In this document: piece by piece, positions 10,610 through 20,989 of the stretch
Layout: each line of letters starts with the position of its first letter
Position numbering within the stretch: the stretch's first letter is position 1
NCBI GenBank assembly: GCA_965203325.1
Contig: OZ241875.1
Coordinates: forward strand, 2,336,001-2,400,000
Reading direction: 5' to 3'
Source: a bacterium
GTDB lineage: Bacteria > UBA8248
Length of the DNA: 64,000 bases
Notes under the pieces: model-generated
Seen by the model: only the letters and a program-made list of their open reading frames with translations
Told to the model about the DNA's origin: nothing
The model's database searches: none
Translations under genes and position numbers: made by a program

Positions 10610-10990
10610 TCATTCTCCAACCGCTTCGCTTGCGAGCGCCTCTCGCGGCGGCCAGTCTTCGGATCTGTTCTTGAAAGAAAGATAGACCAGAACGTCATCG
10701 CCCGGATTTTTGAGTTCATGCTCCACGCCCAGGGGGATGTGAACCACCTCGCCAGGACCTAAGGTTTTCTCCTCCTCCCCGACGCGGAACCAGCCGACGC
10801 CCTCCAGAATGTGGATGATTTGCTCGCAGCCGTGACTGTGCGGACGGGTCGCCTTGCCGGGCGGCTGCTCTTGGCGCGTCAGGGTGGTGAACGCGCCCAG
10901 GATCATGCTGCCCTCCGAATCCGTGGTGGAGACGATGTTGCGCTTTTTCATGTCGTCCCAGCGGTAGAAGGGCATGGGGCGAATCCTCAT
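10610..10990 (-). CDS. Cupin domain protein (start uncertain)
   Basis: PHSHGCEQ...IPLGVEH. Confidence 0.8.
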   Translation of the reverse strand: MRIRPMPFYRWDDMKKRNIVSTTDSEGSMILGAFTTLTRQEQPPGKATRPHSHGCEQIIHILEGVGWFRVGEEEKTLGPGEVVHIPLGVEHELKNPGDDVLVYLSFKNRSEDWPPREALASEAVGE

Positions 10991-11008
10991 ATTTAGGGCG
11001 TCAGGTGT

Positions 11009-12052
11009 TCAGCCCTGGACGGATTCGGCGATTCTCGCTTGGAGAAGCTCGTAGTTCGGGCGGCCCATCTCGATTTCGCCGTCGTCTATCATCCGCGCGA
11101 TCTCGGTTACCGCGTCGTTGTAGGGGGTGGGGATGCCGAGTTCTCTCGCCCTGCGCGAGACGAGGCCGTTGATGTATTCCATCTCGCTCTTGCGGCCCTT
11201 GATGTGGTCCTGAATCGGGGCGGTGCGTGAACGGGGCCCCACATGGCCGAGCAGCGTCTTCATGGCCGTGACGAGCACCTGATCGTCAGAACCCGCGAAA
11301 TCATCCGAAGAGAGGCCGAACACCGGCTCCACCCCGTAGCCCAGGGCTTCGCCCACCGCCATCGCCTCTTTGCCGAGCCCGACCGAAAGGTCGATGACGC
11401 CCGGCAGCTCCTTCGTCTCCGCGTTCTTGAGACCCAGCAGCCCGAAGGGCCCCATCGTCATGCAGTTGGCGATGAGCTTCGTCCACTTGGTGCCTTCGAT
11501 GTTCGTGCTCAGTTCGGTGACGGCGACGTGGGAGAAGATGTCGCGCACCTCCTCCGCGCGCGGGGTGACCGAGCCGTCCAGTTCCCCCACGGCGAACCAG
11601 GTGCCCTTGCGGGGCGTGTTCCGCTGGATGAGGCCGGGCGTGAAAATCTCCGCCGAGAGTTCCACGCAGCAGCCTACCACGCGCTCGCGCCCGATGACCG
11701 ACGCGATCACCTCGTTGTTCATGCTGTTCTGCGCCCCGACGAATATGCCGTCGCTCTTCAGGTAGGGCTTGATGAGTTCGCACATCCAGCGGGTGTCGTA
11801 GGATTTGACGATGAGGAGGACGATGTCGAAAGACGTCCGGAGCGAGGCCAGTTCGCACAGATGGTGTGCGCGCAGGGGCGGCGTTTTGAGGTCCAGGTCC
11901 GGCATCTGGACGTGCAGGCCCTTCTCGCGCATCACTTCCACGTGCTCGGGCCATTGGTCGATGACGGTGACGTCGAGGCCGGCGTCGGTCAGGTCGGCGG
12001 ACACGCTGCCGCCGATGGCGCCTGCGCCGAGTACGGCGATCTTCTTGTTCAT
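11009..12052 (-). CDS. Ketopantoate reductase-family (ApbA/PanE-like) oxidoreductase
   Basis: GAGAIG, VKSYD, QN, KWTKL, SEMEYING. Confidence 0.85.
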   Translation of the reverse strand: MNKKIAVLGAGAIGGSVSADLTDAGLDVTVIDQWPEHVEVMREKGLHVQMPDLDLKTPPLRAHHLCELASLRTSFDIVLLIVKSYDTRWMCELIKPYLKSDGIFVGAQNSMNNEVIASVIGRERVVGCCVELSAEIFTPGLIQRNTPRKGTWFAVGELDGSVTPRAEEVRDIFSHVAVTELSTNIEGTKWTKLIANCMTMGPFGLLGLKNAETKELPGVIDLSVGLGKEAMAVGEALGYGVEPVFGLSSDDFAGSDDQVLVTAMKTLLGHVGPRSRTAPIQDHIKGRKSEMEYINGLVSRRARELGIPTPYNDAVTEIARMIDDGEIEMGRPNYELLQARIAESVQG

Positions 12053-12123
12053 GCTGCACCTTGCCTTTCAGGGCTTGCGCCCCCAAGAGAATGGGAATGA
12101 CGATGCAAAATGGCGTTGCCCGG

Positions 12124-13299
12124 TTATAGATACTTCATGGCGCGGATCCGCTGCGCTTGGTTGGTGCCCGCCGAGTGGAGGAAGCTGATGACGTCGCGCA
12201 GGTATTTCTCCATCGGTGCGTCCGTCATGTAGCCCGTCCCGCCCCAGACTTCGAGCGCGCGCGTGGCGATGCGGAAACCGGCTTCTGAAGTATACGCCTT
12301 GGCCATGTAGCCGAGCTTGGGGTCGTAGTTATCGCGCATCGCCCGCCAGGCGGCGTAGTGGAGCATCCGGCGCGACGCTTCGTACTCGACGAAGCAGTCC
12401 GCCAGCATGAAGCCCACGCCCTGGTGTTCGATGATGGGTTTTCCGCCCTGGATTCTCGTCTTGGCGAATTCGAGCGCGTCTTCATAAGCGGCGCGGGCGG
12501 GGCCCAGGTTCGTGGCGGCGGATTCGATGACCGAACCGCGCGAAAAGGGACCCGAGCGGGCCGCCACGCCCCCGCCTATCGCCGTGACGCGGTATTCATC
12601 CGAAACGCGGCAGTTCTCGAAAATGAGTTCCGCATTCTGGGAGAGCTGCTGGCCCATCTTCTCGTGGATCTTGCCGATGGAAAAGCCATCCATGTCCGGC
12701 GTCACCATAAAGTAGGTGACGCCCTGCGATACGCCGACGGTGGGGTCCGTGCGGCAGACGAGCACGTAGAGCTTGGCGACCCCCCCGTTGCTGATGTAGT
12801 GCTTCTTACCGTTGATGATCCAGTCATCCCCGTCTCGCACCGCGCTCGTGCGCACACCGAGTTCGGGGCCTTCTTCGGGGATGAAGTTCTCGGAACCCAC
12901 CTCCGGCTCCGTCATCCCGACTGCGAGGTGGAAGCGGTGGTCCTCCAGAAACGCGGGCAGGAATTTCGCGCGCTGCGCATCGTTCCAGACGATGTCGAGG
13001 AAATGGATGATCTTCCAGGTCTGATCGAAGGTGACGGCCACGCCCAGATCCCCCCAGCCGATCTCCTCGCCCACGATGCAAAGCGTGAGTATGTCGGCCC
13101 CGCCGCCGCCTATTTCTTCGGGGATGGAAAGCGTCCTCAAGCCCAGCCTGCTCCCGGCCTCGAGAATATCCCAGGGGAACCGCTCGACGGGGTCGGTGAT
13201 CCGCTCGCGCTCGCGCACATGGGGCTTGAGTTCGTCTCTGGCGTAGTCGTGCGCCAGTTTCTGGAGTTCAAGCTGTCTTTCCGTGAGGGTGAAATCCAT
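12124..13299 (-). CDS. Acyl-CoA dehydrogenase-family flavoprotein
   Basis: MTEPEVGS, INGKKHYISNG, RIQGGKPIIEHQ, WGGTGY. Confidence 0.88.
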   Translation of the reverse strand: MDFTLTERQLELQKLAHDYARDELKPHVRERERITDPVERFPWDILEAGSRLGLRTLSIPEEIGGGGADILTLCIVGEEIGWGDLGVAVTFDQTWKIIHFLDIVWNDAQRAKFLPAFLEDHRFHLAVGMTEPEVGSENFIPEEGPELGVRTSAVRDGDDWIINGKKHYISNGGVAKLYVLVCRTDPTVGVSQGVTYFMVTPDMDGFSIGKIHEKMGQQLSQNAELIFENCRVSDEYRVTAIGGGVAARSGPFSRGSVIESAATNLGPARAAYEDALEFAKTRIQGGKPIIEHQGVGFMLADCFVEYEASRRMLHYAAWRAMRDNYDPKLGYMAKAYTSEAGFRIATRALEVWGGTGYMTDAPMEKYLRDVISFLHSAGTNQAQRIRAMKYL

Positions 13300-13329
13300 C
13301 GCTCGCCTTTAAGGTTTAAGTGAAACGGC

Positions 13330-14364
13330 TCAGTCCATCACGATCGCCGCGCGGCCCGTAATCGCGCCCGCTTCCAGGCGTTCGTGCACTTTTTCGGCCT
13401 CTTCGAGCCGGTAGGTTTCCGTGACGAGGGGCCAGACCTCTCCGCGCGCGCAGAGTTCGAGAGATTCGATGATCTCCTGCTTGGTGAACGAGCGGCTGCC
13501 CATGACTTCCAGTTCCCCGTTCAGGAGGCTCCCGGCGGAGAGGCGAAACGGCTTGGGCGTGAAGCCGCCCAGCGTCACCAGGCGGCCGCCCTTGTCGAGG
13601 GCTTCGGCGGCGGCTTCGAGCGTGGTGTCCTGGGAGACGAAATCAATCGCCACGTTCACGCCCAGGCCGCCCGTGAGTTCGAGCAGCGCCTCGGTCACGT
13701 CGTCCTTCGAGGCGTCGACGGTGGCTTCCGCCCCGAGTTCCTTGCATTGGGCCAGTTTTTGCTCGGAAATGTCCACGGCGATGACGCGCGCGTTCGCCCA
13801 CCGGGCGAGCATCACCATGTGAATCCCCACGCCCCCGCCCGCCCCGATGACGGCGACGGTCTCCATCGGCTCGATCCGCGCGCGGCGCACCACCTTATAA
13901 GGGGTGACGATGGCGTCGCAGATGACGGCCACCTCGGCGGGATGCGCCTTGTAGTCCAGCCCGTCGGGAATATGAACGTAGTTCCGCGCGGGGAGATTGA
14001 TGTATTCGGCATAGCCGCCGTCGCGGTGCCTGCCGATGAAGCCGGCCATGTTGTCGCAAATGGGTTCCCTGTTCACCCGGCACCAGCGGCAGTGACCGCA
14101 CGTGAGGTAGCAGTGGAAGGTGACGATGTCGCCCGCCTTCACGTTCGATACCCCGCCGCCCGTCTCGACGATCTCGCCCACCACCTCGTGGCCGATGATC
14201 ATGGGGTAGTCGATCTCCGCGCGGCCCGCGCGCGCATGGTGGATCGTGAGGCCCGAGCCGCAGGCGATGACGCGGGCCACGGCCTCGCCCTCTCCGGGCG
14301 CGGGGTCGGGCACGTCTTCAAAAGAAAAGGGCGCCCCCTTTTCCCTCAACACCATGGCCTTCAT
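13330..14364 (-). CDS. Zn-dependent alcohol dehydrogenase (MDR)
   Basis: GHE motif, structural Zn CGHCRWC...C, GAGGGVG. Confidence 0.9.
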   Translation of the reverse strand: MKAMVLREKGAPFSFEDVPDPAPGEGEAVARVIACGSGLTIHHARAGRAEIDYPMIIGHEVVGEIVETGGGVSNVKAGDIVTFHCYLTCGHCRWCRVNREPICDNMAGFIGRHRDGGYAEYINLPARNYVHIPDGLDYKAHPAEVAVICDAIVTPYKVVRRARIEPMETVAVIGAGGGVGIHMVMLARWANARVIAVDISEQKLAQCKELGAEATVDASKDDVTEALLELTGGLGVNVAIDFVSQDTTLEAAAEALDKGGRLVTLGGFTPKPFRLSAGSLLNGELEVMGSRSFTKQEIIESLELCARGEVWPLVTETYRLEEAEKVHERLEAGAITGRAAIVMD

Positions 14365-14628
14365 GAGAGTTTCCTCCCGGGAGAATCTCCGCGCGCGATG
14401 CGGAAACGCGAACATTTGTGATTGATGGCGGACAATATAGCGGGAATGTCGGGAAATGACTATAGGAAGGGGCTGGAATGACGAACGAAAGACGCAATCA
14501 CCGAATCCATCACCACGATTTCAAGCGGAGACATCGCATCGGGCGGGCACGGGGGCCCGCCCCTACGATAACGAAACCCGCAATCGCTCCTGCATTGGAC
14601 GAGTAAAATTCTCGCGAATCAGGGTTTT

Positions 14629-15567
14629 TCAACAATCTTCGATGGCGGCGAGGGATTTCGCCGCCCAGTCGCAGCCCACCTGGCTCGCCCACAGGTCCAT
14701 GAGGCGCTTGGTGACGGGGCCGGGCGCGCCGTTCGCCATCTTGGTTCCGTCGATAGAAGATACCGGGAGGATGCAGATGCTGTTCCCGGTATGGAAGGCC
14801 TCATCCGCGATCAGCAGGTCGTAGCGCGTCAGGTTGGTTTCGCGAACCGGGATGCCGAGTTCTTTCGCCATGTCGATGACGTGGGTGCGCGTGACGCCGA
14901 CCAGGCAGTTGTAATCCGTAGGCGTCAGGATTTCGCCGTCTCTCACGAAAAAGCAGTTGTAGCTCGACCCCTCGGCCACGAAGCCGCTCGTGTCGAGCAT
15001 GATGGGCCACGCGCCCGCTTCGGCGGCCTGGAAGTCGGCCTGCACGTGGTTCATCTTGTTGCCCACCTTGGCGCGCGGTTCGATGCACTCGGGCGGTATG
15101 CGGCGCACGCCGGTGACGACCGAGGGCACGCCCTCCCTGTAGCCGTGGGCGTAGCGCGTATAGTCCATCGGCAGGGTGAAGATGACCACCGTGTGCTCTC
15201 CGTGCGTGTGGGTGGCTGCGGAACTGACGCCGCCGCCGCGCGTTACCCAGTGGTTGATGCGGAATTCCTCCCCCTCGGCGTAAACGCCCCGGTTCCGCTC
15301 GATGAGGTCCATGGTGAGGGCTTCCATCTCGTCTGCGTTCATGCCGGGGTCGAGCCGCGCGTAGCGGCACGATAGATAGAGCCTGTCGATGTGCGCCCTC
15401 AGATGCCAGGGCTGGCCGCCGAAGGTGCGCGATGCGTCGTACACGCCGTCGCCGTAGAGGAAGCCGCGATCCAGAATGGACACGGTCGCTTCTGATTCCG
15501 GCACGAACCGGCCCTTTACGTAGGCGATTCTCTCAGTCAATTCCACATCCTCCATCGTTTTGTCCAT
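14629..15567 (-). CDS. PLP fold-type IV aminotransferase-family protein (IlvE/Dat-like)
   Basis: DRGFLYGDGVY, HIDRL, catalytic K in RAKVGN, EGSSYN, LVGVTR, ADEAF. Confidence 0.88.
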   Translation of the reverse strand: MDKTMEDVELTERIAYVKGRFVPESEATVSILDRGFLYGDGVYDASRTFGGQPWHLRAHIDRLYLSCRYARLDPGMNADEMEALTMDLIERNRGVYAEGEEFRINHWVTRGGGVSSAATHTHGEHTVVIFTLPMDYTRYAHGYREGVPSVVTGVRRIPPECIEPRAKVGNKMNHVQADFQAAEAGAWPIMLDTSGFVAEGSSYNCFFVRDGEILTPTDYNCLVGVTRTHVIDMAKELGIPVRETNLTRYDLLIADEAFHTGNSICILPVSSIDGTKMANGAPGPVTKRLMDLWASQVGCDWAAKSLAAIEDC

Positions 15568-15574
15568 GAGTCAT

Positions 15575-16723
15575 CTATAGCAGTCCCATCGCGGCGGAGC
15601 GCGCGGCATGGCTCATGCCAAACCCGTGGGAGAAAGCCACGAGGTCGCGCGTCAGCCGCTCCATCGGAGCTTCGGTCATGTAGCCTGCGCCTCCCCAGAC
15701 CTCCATCGAACGCCGCGCGACGCGCTCGCAAGATTCCGCCGCGAAGGCCTTTGCGAGAAAACTCCGCCAGGGTTCCGCGTCCTCGTCCTGCTCCGCCGCC
15801 CAGGCCGCCGCCTGCAGGCTTCTTCTGGCGGCGTCCAGTTCCATCAGGTTATCACAAAGCATGTAGCCCACCGTCTGATGCTCGATGATGGGTTTTCCCC
15901 CCTGTACGCGCTCGCGCGCGTGGTCGAGCGCATACTCATGTGATTTTCTCGACGTTCCGACCGCCGCAGCCGCCGGGAGGATGCGGACGGCGTGCGTAGC
16001 GTCGTTCCACTTCCCTTCCGCGCAATCGAGCGGATGGCCGAGCTTCACGTCTTCGAAGCGCAGGTCGACGTCCTGGCAGGAGCGCATTCCCATCGCGTCA
16101 TGGTAACGGGCGACCGTGATTCCTCCTCCCTCCCGGTTCTCCAGGAGAAATATACTTCGCTCGCTCTCATTCGTGGCGTCTGATTCGAGGAGAAAAATAC
16201 CGGCCGCCGCGCCGTTCTGCACGTGCCCTGCACCGCCATCAAGACGTAAGTCCTCGCCGTTTTTTTCGATGGATGCGTCCTGGCGCGCATCGGACGGATA
16301 CGGGCTTTTATCCTCGGTTGCAGCCGTTTCGCCGATTTTCAGGTGGGCCAGATGGAGCGGGCGATCTTGCGTGAAATTCTCCGCGAACGCCGCGAAGCCC
16401 GACTCGTCCCACAGCCGGGATACGGCGTTTGCGAGCGCCCAGTCCTGCGCGTAGATGACGCCGACGCCCAAATCCCCCCAGCCGATCTCCTCCGCCACGA
16501 AGCAGAGACTCAACAGGTCAGCACCCCCTCCGCCCTGGGCTTCCGGGATGGGGAGGGTACTCAGACCCAGGGTGCCGCCTTTTTCCAGAATGTCCGCGGG
16601 AAAGCGGTTTTCCGGGTTTTTTTCCTCATCGAGCGCATCCGTGCGCGGGGCGATTTCCTGCCGCGCGAAATCGCGCGCCAGACCCTGAAGCGCGAGAGTG
16701 GCCTCTGCGGGAGCGAAATCCAT
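15575..16723 (-). CDS. Divergent acyl-CoA dehydrogenase-family protein
   Basis: EEIGWGDLG and RVQGGKPIIEHQ shared with 12124-13299; middle domain lacks the TEP and NGxK motifs. Confidence 0.78.
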   Translation of the reverse strand: MDFAPAEATLALQGLARDFARQEIAPRTDALDEEKNPENRFPADILEKGGTLGLSTLPIPEAQGGGGADLLSLCFVAEEIGWGDLGVGVIYAQDWALANAVSRLWDESGFAAFAENFTQDRPLHLAHLKIGETAATEDKSPYPSDARQDASIEKNGEDLRLDGGAGHVQNGAAAGIFLLESDATNESERSIFLLENREGGGITVARYHDAMGMRSCQDVDLRFEDVKLGHPLDCAEGKWNDATHAVRILPAAAAVGTSRKSHEYALDHARERVQGGKPIIEHQTVGYMLCDNLMELDAARRSLQAAAWAAEQDEDAEPWRSFLAKAFAAESCERVARRSMEVWGGAGYMTEAPMERLTRDLVAFSHGFGMSHAARSAAMGLL

Positions 16724-16759
16724 GCGTCGAACCCTTATGAACGCGGGAAACGGCCCCGG

Positions 16760-17728
16760 CTAGTCGATGAGGCCCACGCTCTTCAAGTCCGAGGTCAGCT
16801 CCGCTTTCTCGTCCGCGCTCAGGGGGATCATCGGCGCGCGCGTGGGGCCGCCGTGCATACCCATCAGGTCCATCCAGTTCTTGAGCGCGGCGATGGGGAA
16901 CGCTCCCCGCGTCCAGGGCTCCCACAGCCACTTGTCGGCCACGCGGCGCATCGGGTTCATGGAGTCGCGCGCGGTCCAGGCTTCCTCGAGGTTCCCCTCG
17001 TCGATCAGGTCGGTGTATCTCTGCATGCCCAGGTTGCCGGTGCGCTGCATGAGGAACGGGTCGGGGCCGCTCATGAAGGTCTGCTGCTTGTGATAGGCCC
17101 GGCTGAAGAACCACTGGGTCTCCATCGGGTCGCTCACGACGATGTCCTCACCCACGGCTTCGCGCACCCCGTCGCAATGGGGTTTGGGCTGCGCGTTCTT
17201 GATGCAGCAGATGTTCTCGTTGTCGTCGACGATTTGCCGGACGAGGGCCGGCGTGAGGGAATAGCCCGTCGCCGCCGTGTTGAACAGGGACACGCCGATT
17301 TCCACGTTGCTGCAGAACTCCCGGAAGTACGCGCGGACGCGCTCGGGAATGCCCTGCGCGCCGAGATAGGGGTTCGCGAGAATCGCATAAGTCGCGCCCG
17401 CCTCAATCGCCGCGTTGGTCAGCTCGATGGCTTCTTTCGCCGAGGTGTGGCCGGTGTGCGCGATGATGGGCACGTCGCCCGCCTCGTCGCAGGCTATCTC
17501 CTGGCCGCGCAGGCGCTCTTCTTTCGTGAGGCACCAGAATTCGCCGATCAAGCCGCCGACGAAAAACCCCTTGATGTCGAGGTCGTCGATGTAATGGCGT
17601 ATGTCGGCCCGCAGGCCCGCCTCGTCGATGTTGTCGTTCTCATCGAAGGGGTAGGGAATGGCGGCCCAGATTCCCTGCATGTTCTCCTTGCAGTAGGCGC
17701 GTGCGTCCGATTTCTTGTATGCGGGCAT
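16760..17728 (-). CDS. DapA-family aldolase/hydratase-aldolase
   Basis: GLIGEF, IKN Schiff-base Lys, C-terminal GPTRAP. Confidence 0.85.
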   Translation of the reverse strand: MPAYKKSDARAYCKENMQGIWAAIPYPFDENDNIDEAGLRADIRHYIDDLDIKGFFVGGLIGEFWCLTKEERLRGQEIACDEAGDVPIIAHTGHTSAKEAIELTNAAIEAGATYAILANPYLGAQGIPERVRAYFREFCSNVEIGVSLFNTAATGYSLTPALVRQIVDDNENICCIKNAQPKPHCDGVREAVGEDIVVSDPMETQWFFSRAYHKQQTFMSGPDPFLMQRTGNLGMQRYTDLIDEGNLEEAWTARDSMNPMRRVADKWLWEPWTRGAFPIAALKNWMDLMGMHGGPTRAPMIPLSADEKAELTSDLKSVGLID

Positions 17729-17775
17729 TACAGTCTCCTTATCAGTTGTGTGACGAAAACCTCGTCAGCGTCAGT

Positions 17776-18954
17776 TTACCATTCATCCACGCCGGCGGGG
17801 GCGAGCAGCGGCGCGGCCTTGAGCTTGACCGCCTCGTTCGTACCGAAGCCGTGCAGGTAGCTCAGCACGTCGCGCCAGCATTTCTCGGGCGTCGGCCTGT
17901 CGTCGTGCCAGGTGGCGCCCGTCCTCCCCCAGATCTCCATCGCGGTGCGGCAGACCTTGATGCCGGCTTCAGAAGCGAACACTTTGGACATCAGGCGGCG
18001 CTTCGAATCGTCCGTCGGTTTTTCCGCATGCCACGCCGCAGAATACAGGTAGGTTCGCGCCGCCTCAATCAGCATATACATTTCCGTGAGCGCCATCTGC
18101 GCCCACTGCTCATTCGCCGCGCCGTTCTCCTGCGCCGCTGTCCGCGCGAGGTCGTAGGCCAAGCGCGAGGGGCCCATCACCGGGATGAGCGCGCCGCTCA
18201 CCATGCGCTTCAGGATAGAGAGGCCCCCGTTCCATTCGCCGAAGAGGTTGTGCGCGGGCACGCGGCAGTTTCTGAGGACGAGTTCGCCGTTTTGAAGAAG
18301 ACGCCTGCCGAGTTTCGAGTGCGCCTCCCCGATCTCGAAACCCTCGGTGTCGCGCGGCACGAGGAAACAGGTGAGTCCCTCGCTCATCTTCTTATCCGGT
18401 GCGGTGCGCGCGAAGATGAAGTAATACTTCGCCAGACCGCCGTTGCTTATGTAGTGCTTGGTGCCGTTCAGGATATAGAAATCGCCCTCCCGTTTCGCCG
18501 TCATTCGCGGGCCGGCGCCCGGTTCGTCGTGCATCAAGAAGGTGTCGGTCCCGCTCTGGGGTTCCGTGGTGGCGAGGGCGAGGAGCGCTCTCGGGTCGTT
18601 CATGAAGTCTTCGAGGTACAAGTCGCGCTGTTTTTGCGTGGTCTCGTTCGTGAGCAGTTGGGTGAACTTGTAGGTCTGATCCATCGAGACGGCGACGCCC
18701 AGGTCGCCGTAGGCGATCTCTTCGGCCACCATGGCCTGCACGAGATGGCGCGCGCCGAAGCCGCCGAACTTCTCGGGCACGGTGAGCGTTCGGAGTCCTG
18801 CAGCGTCGAGCTTGTCCGCGATATGCCAGGGGTAGGCCTCGCCGGGCGCGTAGTTCCTGTCCCTCGCCGCGGCGATGGGGAGTATGTCCTCACGCGCTAT
18901 TTGGCGCGCGCGGCGCACCATCTCTGATTCTTCAGAAGTCAGGTCCGGCATCAT
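17776..18954 (-). CDS. Acyl-CoA dehydrogenase-family flavoprotein
   Basis: TTEPQSGTD, LNGTKHYISNG, KVFASEA. Confidence 0.85.
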   Translation of the reverse strand: MMPDLTSEESEMVRRARQIAREDILPIAAARDRNYAPGEAYPWHIADKLDAAGLRTLTVPEKFGGFGARHLVQAMVAEEIAYGDLGVAVSMDQTYKFTQLLTNETTQKQRDLYLEDFMNDPRALLALATTEPQSGTDTFLMHDEPGAGPRMTAKREGDFYILNGTKHYISNGGLAKYYFIFARTAPDKKMSEGLTCFLVPRDTEGFEIGEAHSKLGRRLLQNGELVLRNCRVPAHNLFGEWNGGLSILKRMVSGALIPVMGPSRLAYDLARTAAQENGAANEQWAQMALTEMYMLIEAARTYLYSAAWHAEKPTDDSKRRLMSKVFASEAGIKVCRTAMEIWGRTGATWHDDRPTPEKCWRDVLSYLHGFGTNEAVKLKAAPLLAPAGVDEW

Positions 18955-19124
18955 GGCGGAGAAGGCATCCTTCTGGAAGCGAGGTAAGTCAACAGTGATT
19001 TGCCCGATCCCATAGGACTACTTGAGACGCTATGTTCTGTCAATCATATTGGGGTATACCGTGATGAGAGAAACCTAGAGTCCACAAGGCTTTAAGTTCT
19101 TATTAGATGATTGGGTGTGTGCGC

Positions 19125-20087
19125 ATGAAAATCGTGATTCCGGATGACTATGAGGGCAACTTCATGGACTCGCCCCACCTTGCGCGCTTGGAGAATCTGG
19201 GCGAGGTGGCCCATTTCACCGAGCGGCCACGAGATGAGGGGGAGATGGCGGAGCGCATCGCCGATGCGGAGGTCATCCTCACCGTGCGCTACCAGACGGA
19301 CTTCAAGAACACTGCATTACTCGACGTAGCGCGAAACTTAAATTTTATCTCAATCTGGGGCACGCGCCCCCGCGCGGTGGACATGAAGCGCGCGCATGAG
19401 CGGGGCGTATCCGTATCCGTGACGCCCGGCGCGGGGAGTCCCTCGGTGGCCGAGCACACGATGATGATGGTCTTGGGCCTCGCGAAGCGGCTCCCCTTCC
19501 AGGGAGCCGCCATGCGGTCGGGCGCGTGGGAGCGCGTGCGGGGCGTGGAGCTTCTGGGCAAGACGCTCTCCGTCATCGGCTTCGGGCACATCGGGAGCAA
19601 GGTCGTCCCCATGGCGCGGGGCTTCGGGATGGAGGTGCTCGCCTGGTCCAAGCACATGACGGCCGAGCGCGCCGCGAAAGAAGGAGCGCGCGCGGCCTCG
19701 CTCGATGATTGTATGCGCTGCGATTTCGTGACGATACAGCTTCACGTGACGCCCGAGACGAGGGGGCTCATCTCCCGCGAGCGCATCGCGGGGATGAAGT
19801 CCACGGCGTTTCTAATCAACACCTCGCGCGCGGCGCTCGTGGACATGGACGCCTTGCTCGAAGCGCTGCGGGAAAAAAGGATCGCCGGCGCGGGCCTCGA
19901 CGTGTTCGAGCCGGAGGAGCCTTTGCCGGGGGATTCGCCGTTCCGAACGCTCGACAACGTCATCCTCACCCCCCACGTCGCCGCGCATACCGAGGGAGCC
20001 GTGGAGCGCGAAGCGCGCATCGCGGTGGACAACGTGGAGGCTTATCTGCGGGGAAACCCGCAGAACCTGGTGTTCAAAGACGCCTAG
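19125..20087 (+). CDS. D-isomer-specific 2-hydroxyacid dehydrogenase
   Basis: GFGHIG, INTSR, LDVFEPEEP, TPHVA. Confidence 0.9.
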   Translation: MKIVIPDDYEGNFMDSPHLARLENLGEVAHFTERPRDEGEMAERIADAEVILTVRYQTDFKNTALLDVARNLNFISIWGTRPRAVDMKRAHERGVSVSVTPGAGSPSVAEHTMMMVLGLAKRLPFQGAAMRSGAWERVRGVELLGKTLSVIGFGHIGSKVVPMARGFGMEVLAWSKHMTAERAAKEGARAASLDDCMRCDFVTIQLHVTPETRGLISRERIAGMKSTAFLINTSRAALVDMDALLEALREKRIAGAGLDVFEPEEPLPGDSPFRTLDNVILTPHVAAHTEGAVEREARIAVDNVEAYLRGNPQNLVFKDA

Positions 20088-20191
20088 CTTTTCACGCGAG
20101 AGGCGCTTTCAGCCATACGCGGAAATTAGAATGACTTATCGTAACGTGAAGAAAACTTAAGGTTTCATGCTTTTATCCAAAGAGAGGGAAA

Positions 20192-20914
20192 ATGATGAGC
20201 TATCGAATCGAGACGACGCAGGTCCAGGGCAGCGAGATGGAGATTTTCCTGTATGAGCCCGAGGGCGCAGGCCCTCATCCAGGGCTGGTGCTCTGCCAGC
20301 ACATACCGGGGCATCAGGGGATCGAGGGCGACCCCTTCACGCTCAAAGCAGCGGAGCGCTACCGGGCGAACGGCTACGCGGTGTCGGTTCCGTTTCTCTA
20401 CCACTGGTGGTCGAAAGAAGACGACATGCAGATAAAGCGCGATGAGTTCAACGACGCGCAGACGGCGCTCGACTTGAAAGCGGGTTTCGACGCCCTGGCG
20501 GCGCTCGACAGCGTGGACGCGGGCCGGGTCGGCATCGTCGGCCACTGCTGGGGCGGGCGCGTGAGCTGGCTGGGCGCGTGCACGGATTCGCGCTACGCGG
20601 CGTGCGCGGTCTTCTACGGCGGCGGCGTGAAGGAGGTGCGAGGCGCGGGAAACCCGCCCGCCATCGAGTTGACGGGCGACATCGCGTGTCCGGTCATCGG
20701 CATATTCGGCAACGAGGATCAGAACCCCTCGCCCGAAGACGTGGACGACTACGAGGCGGCGCTCAAGAGCTCGGGCGCCGAATACGTCTTCCACCGCTAC
20801 GACGGTGCGGGCCACGCCTTTCAGTGGGAGGACAACCCCGAGCGCTTCCGCGCTGAGCAGAGCGAGGACTCTTGGGAGAAGACCCTCGCGTTTTTCGCCG
20901 AGAAGCTGGGGTGA
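20192..20914 (+). CDS. Dienelactone hydrolase-family protein
   Basis: GHCWGG nucleophile elbow, GNEDQNP, AGHAF. Confidence 0.9.
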   Translation: MMSYRIETTQVQGSEMEIFLYEPEGAGPHPGLVLCQHIPGHQGIEGDPFTLKAAERYRANGYAVSVPFLYHWWSKEDDMQIKRDEFNDAQTALDLKAGFDALAALDSVDAGRVGIVGHCWGGRVSWLGACTDSRYAACAVFYGGGVKEVRGAGNPPAIELTGDIACPVIGIFGNEDQNPSPEDVDDYEAALKSSGAEYVFHRYDGAGHAFQWEDNPERFRAEQSEDSWEKTLAFFAEKLG

Positions 20915-20989
20915 GAGGGGAGATTTACTTAAGAAAAGCGTATGGCGGGGGAGTCATATTTTGGTCATTTTCAATCCAGAATCGGTTTC

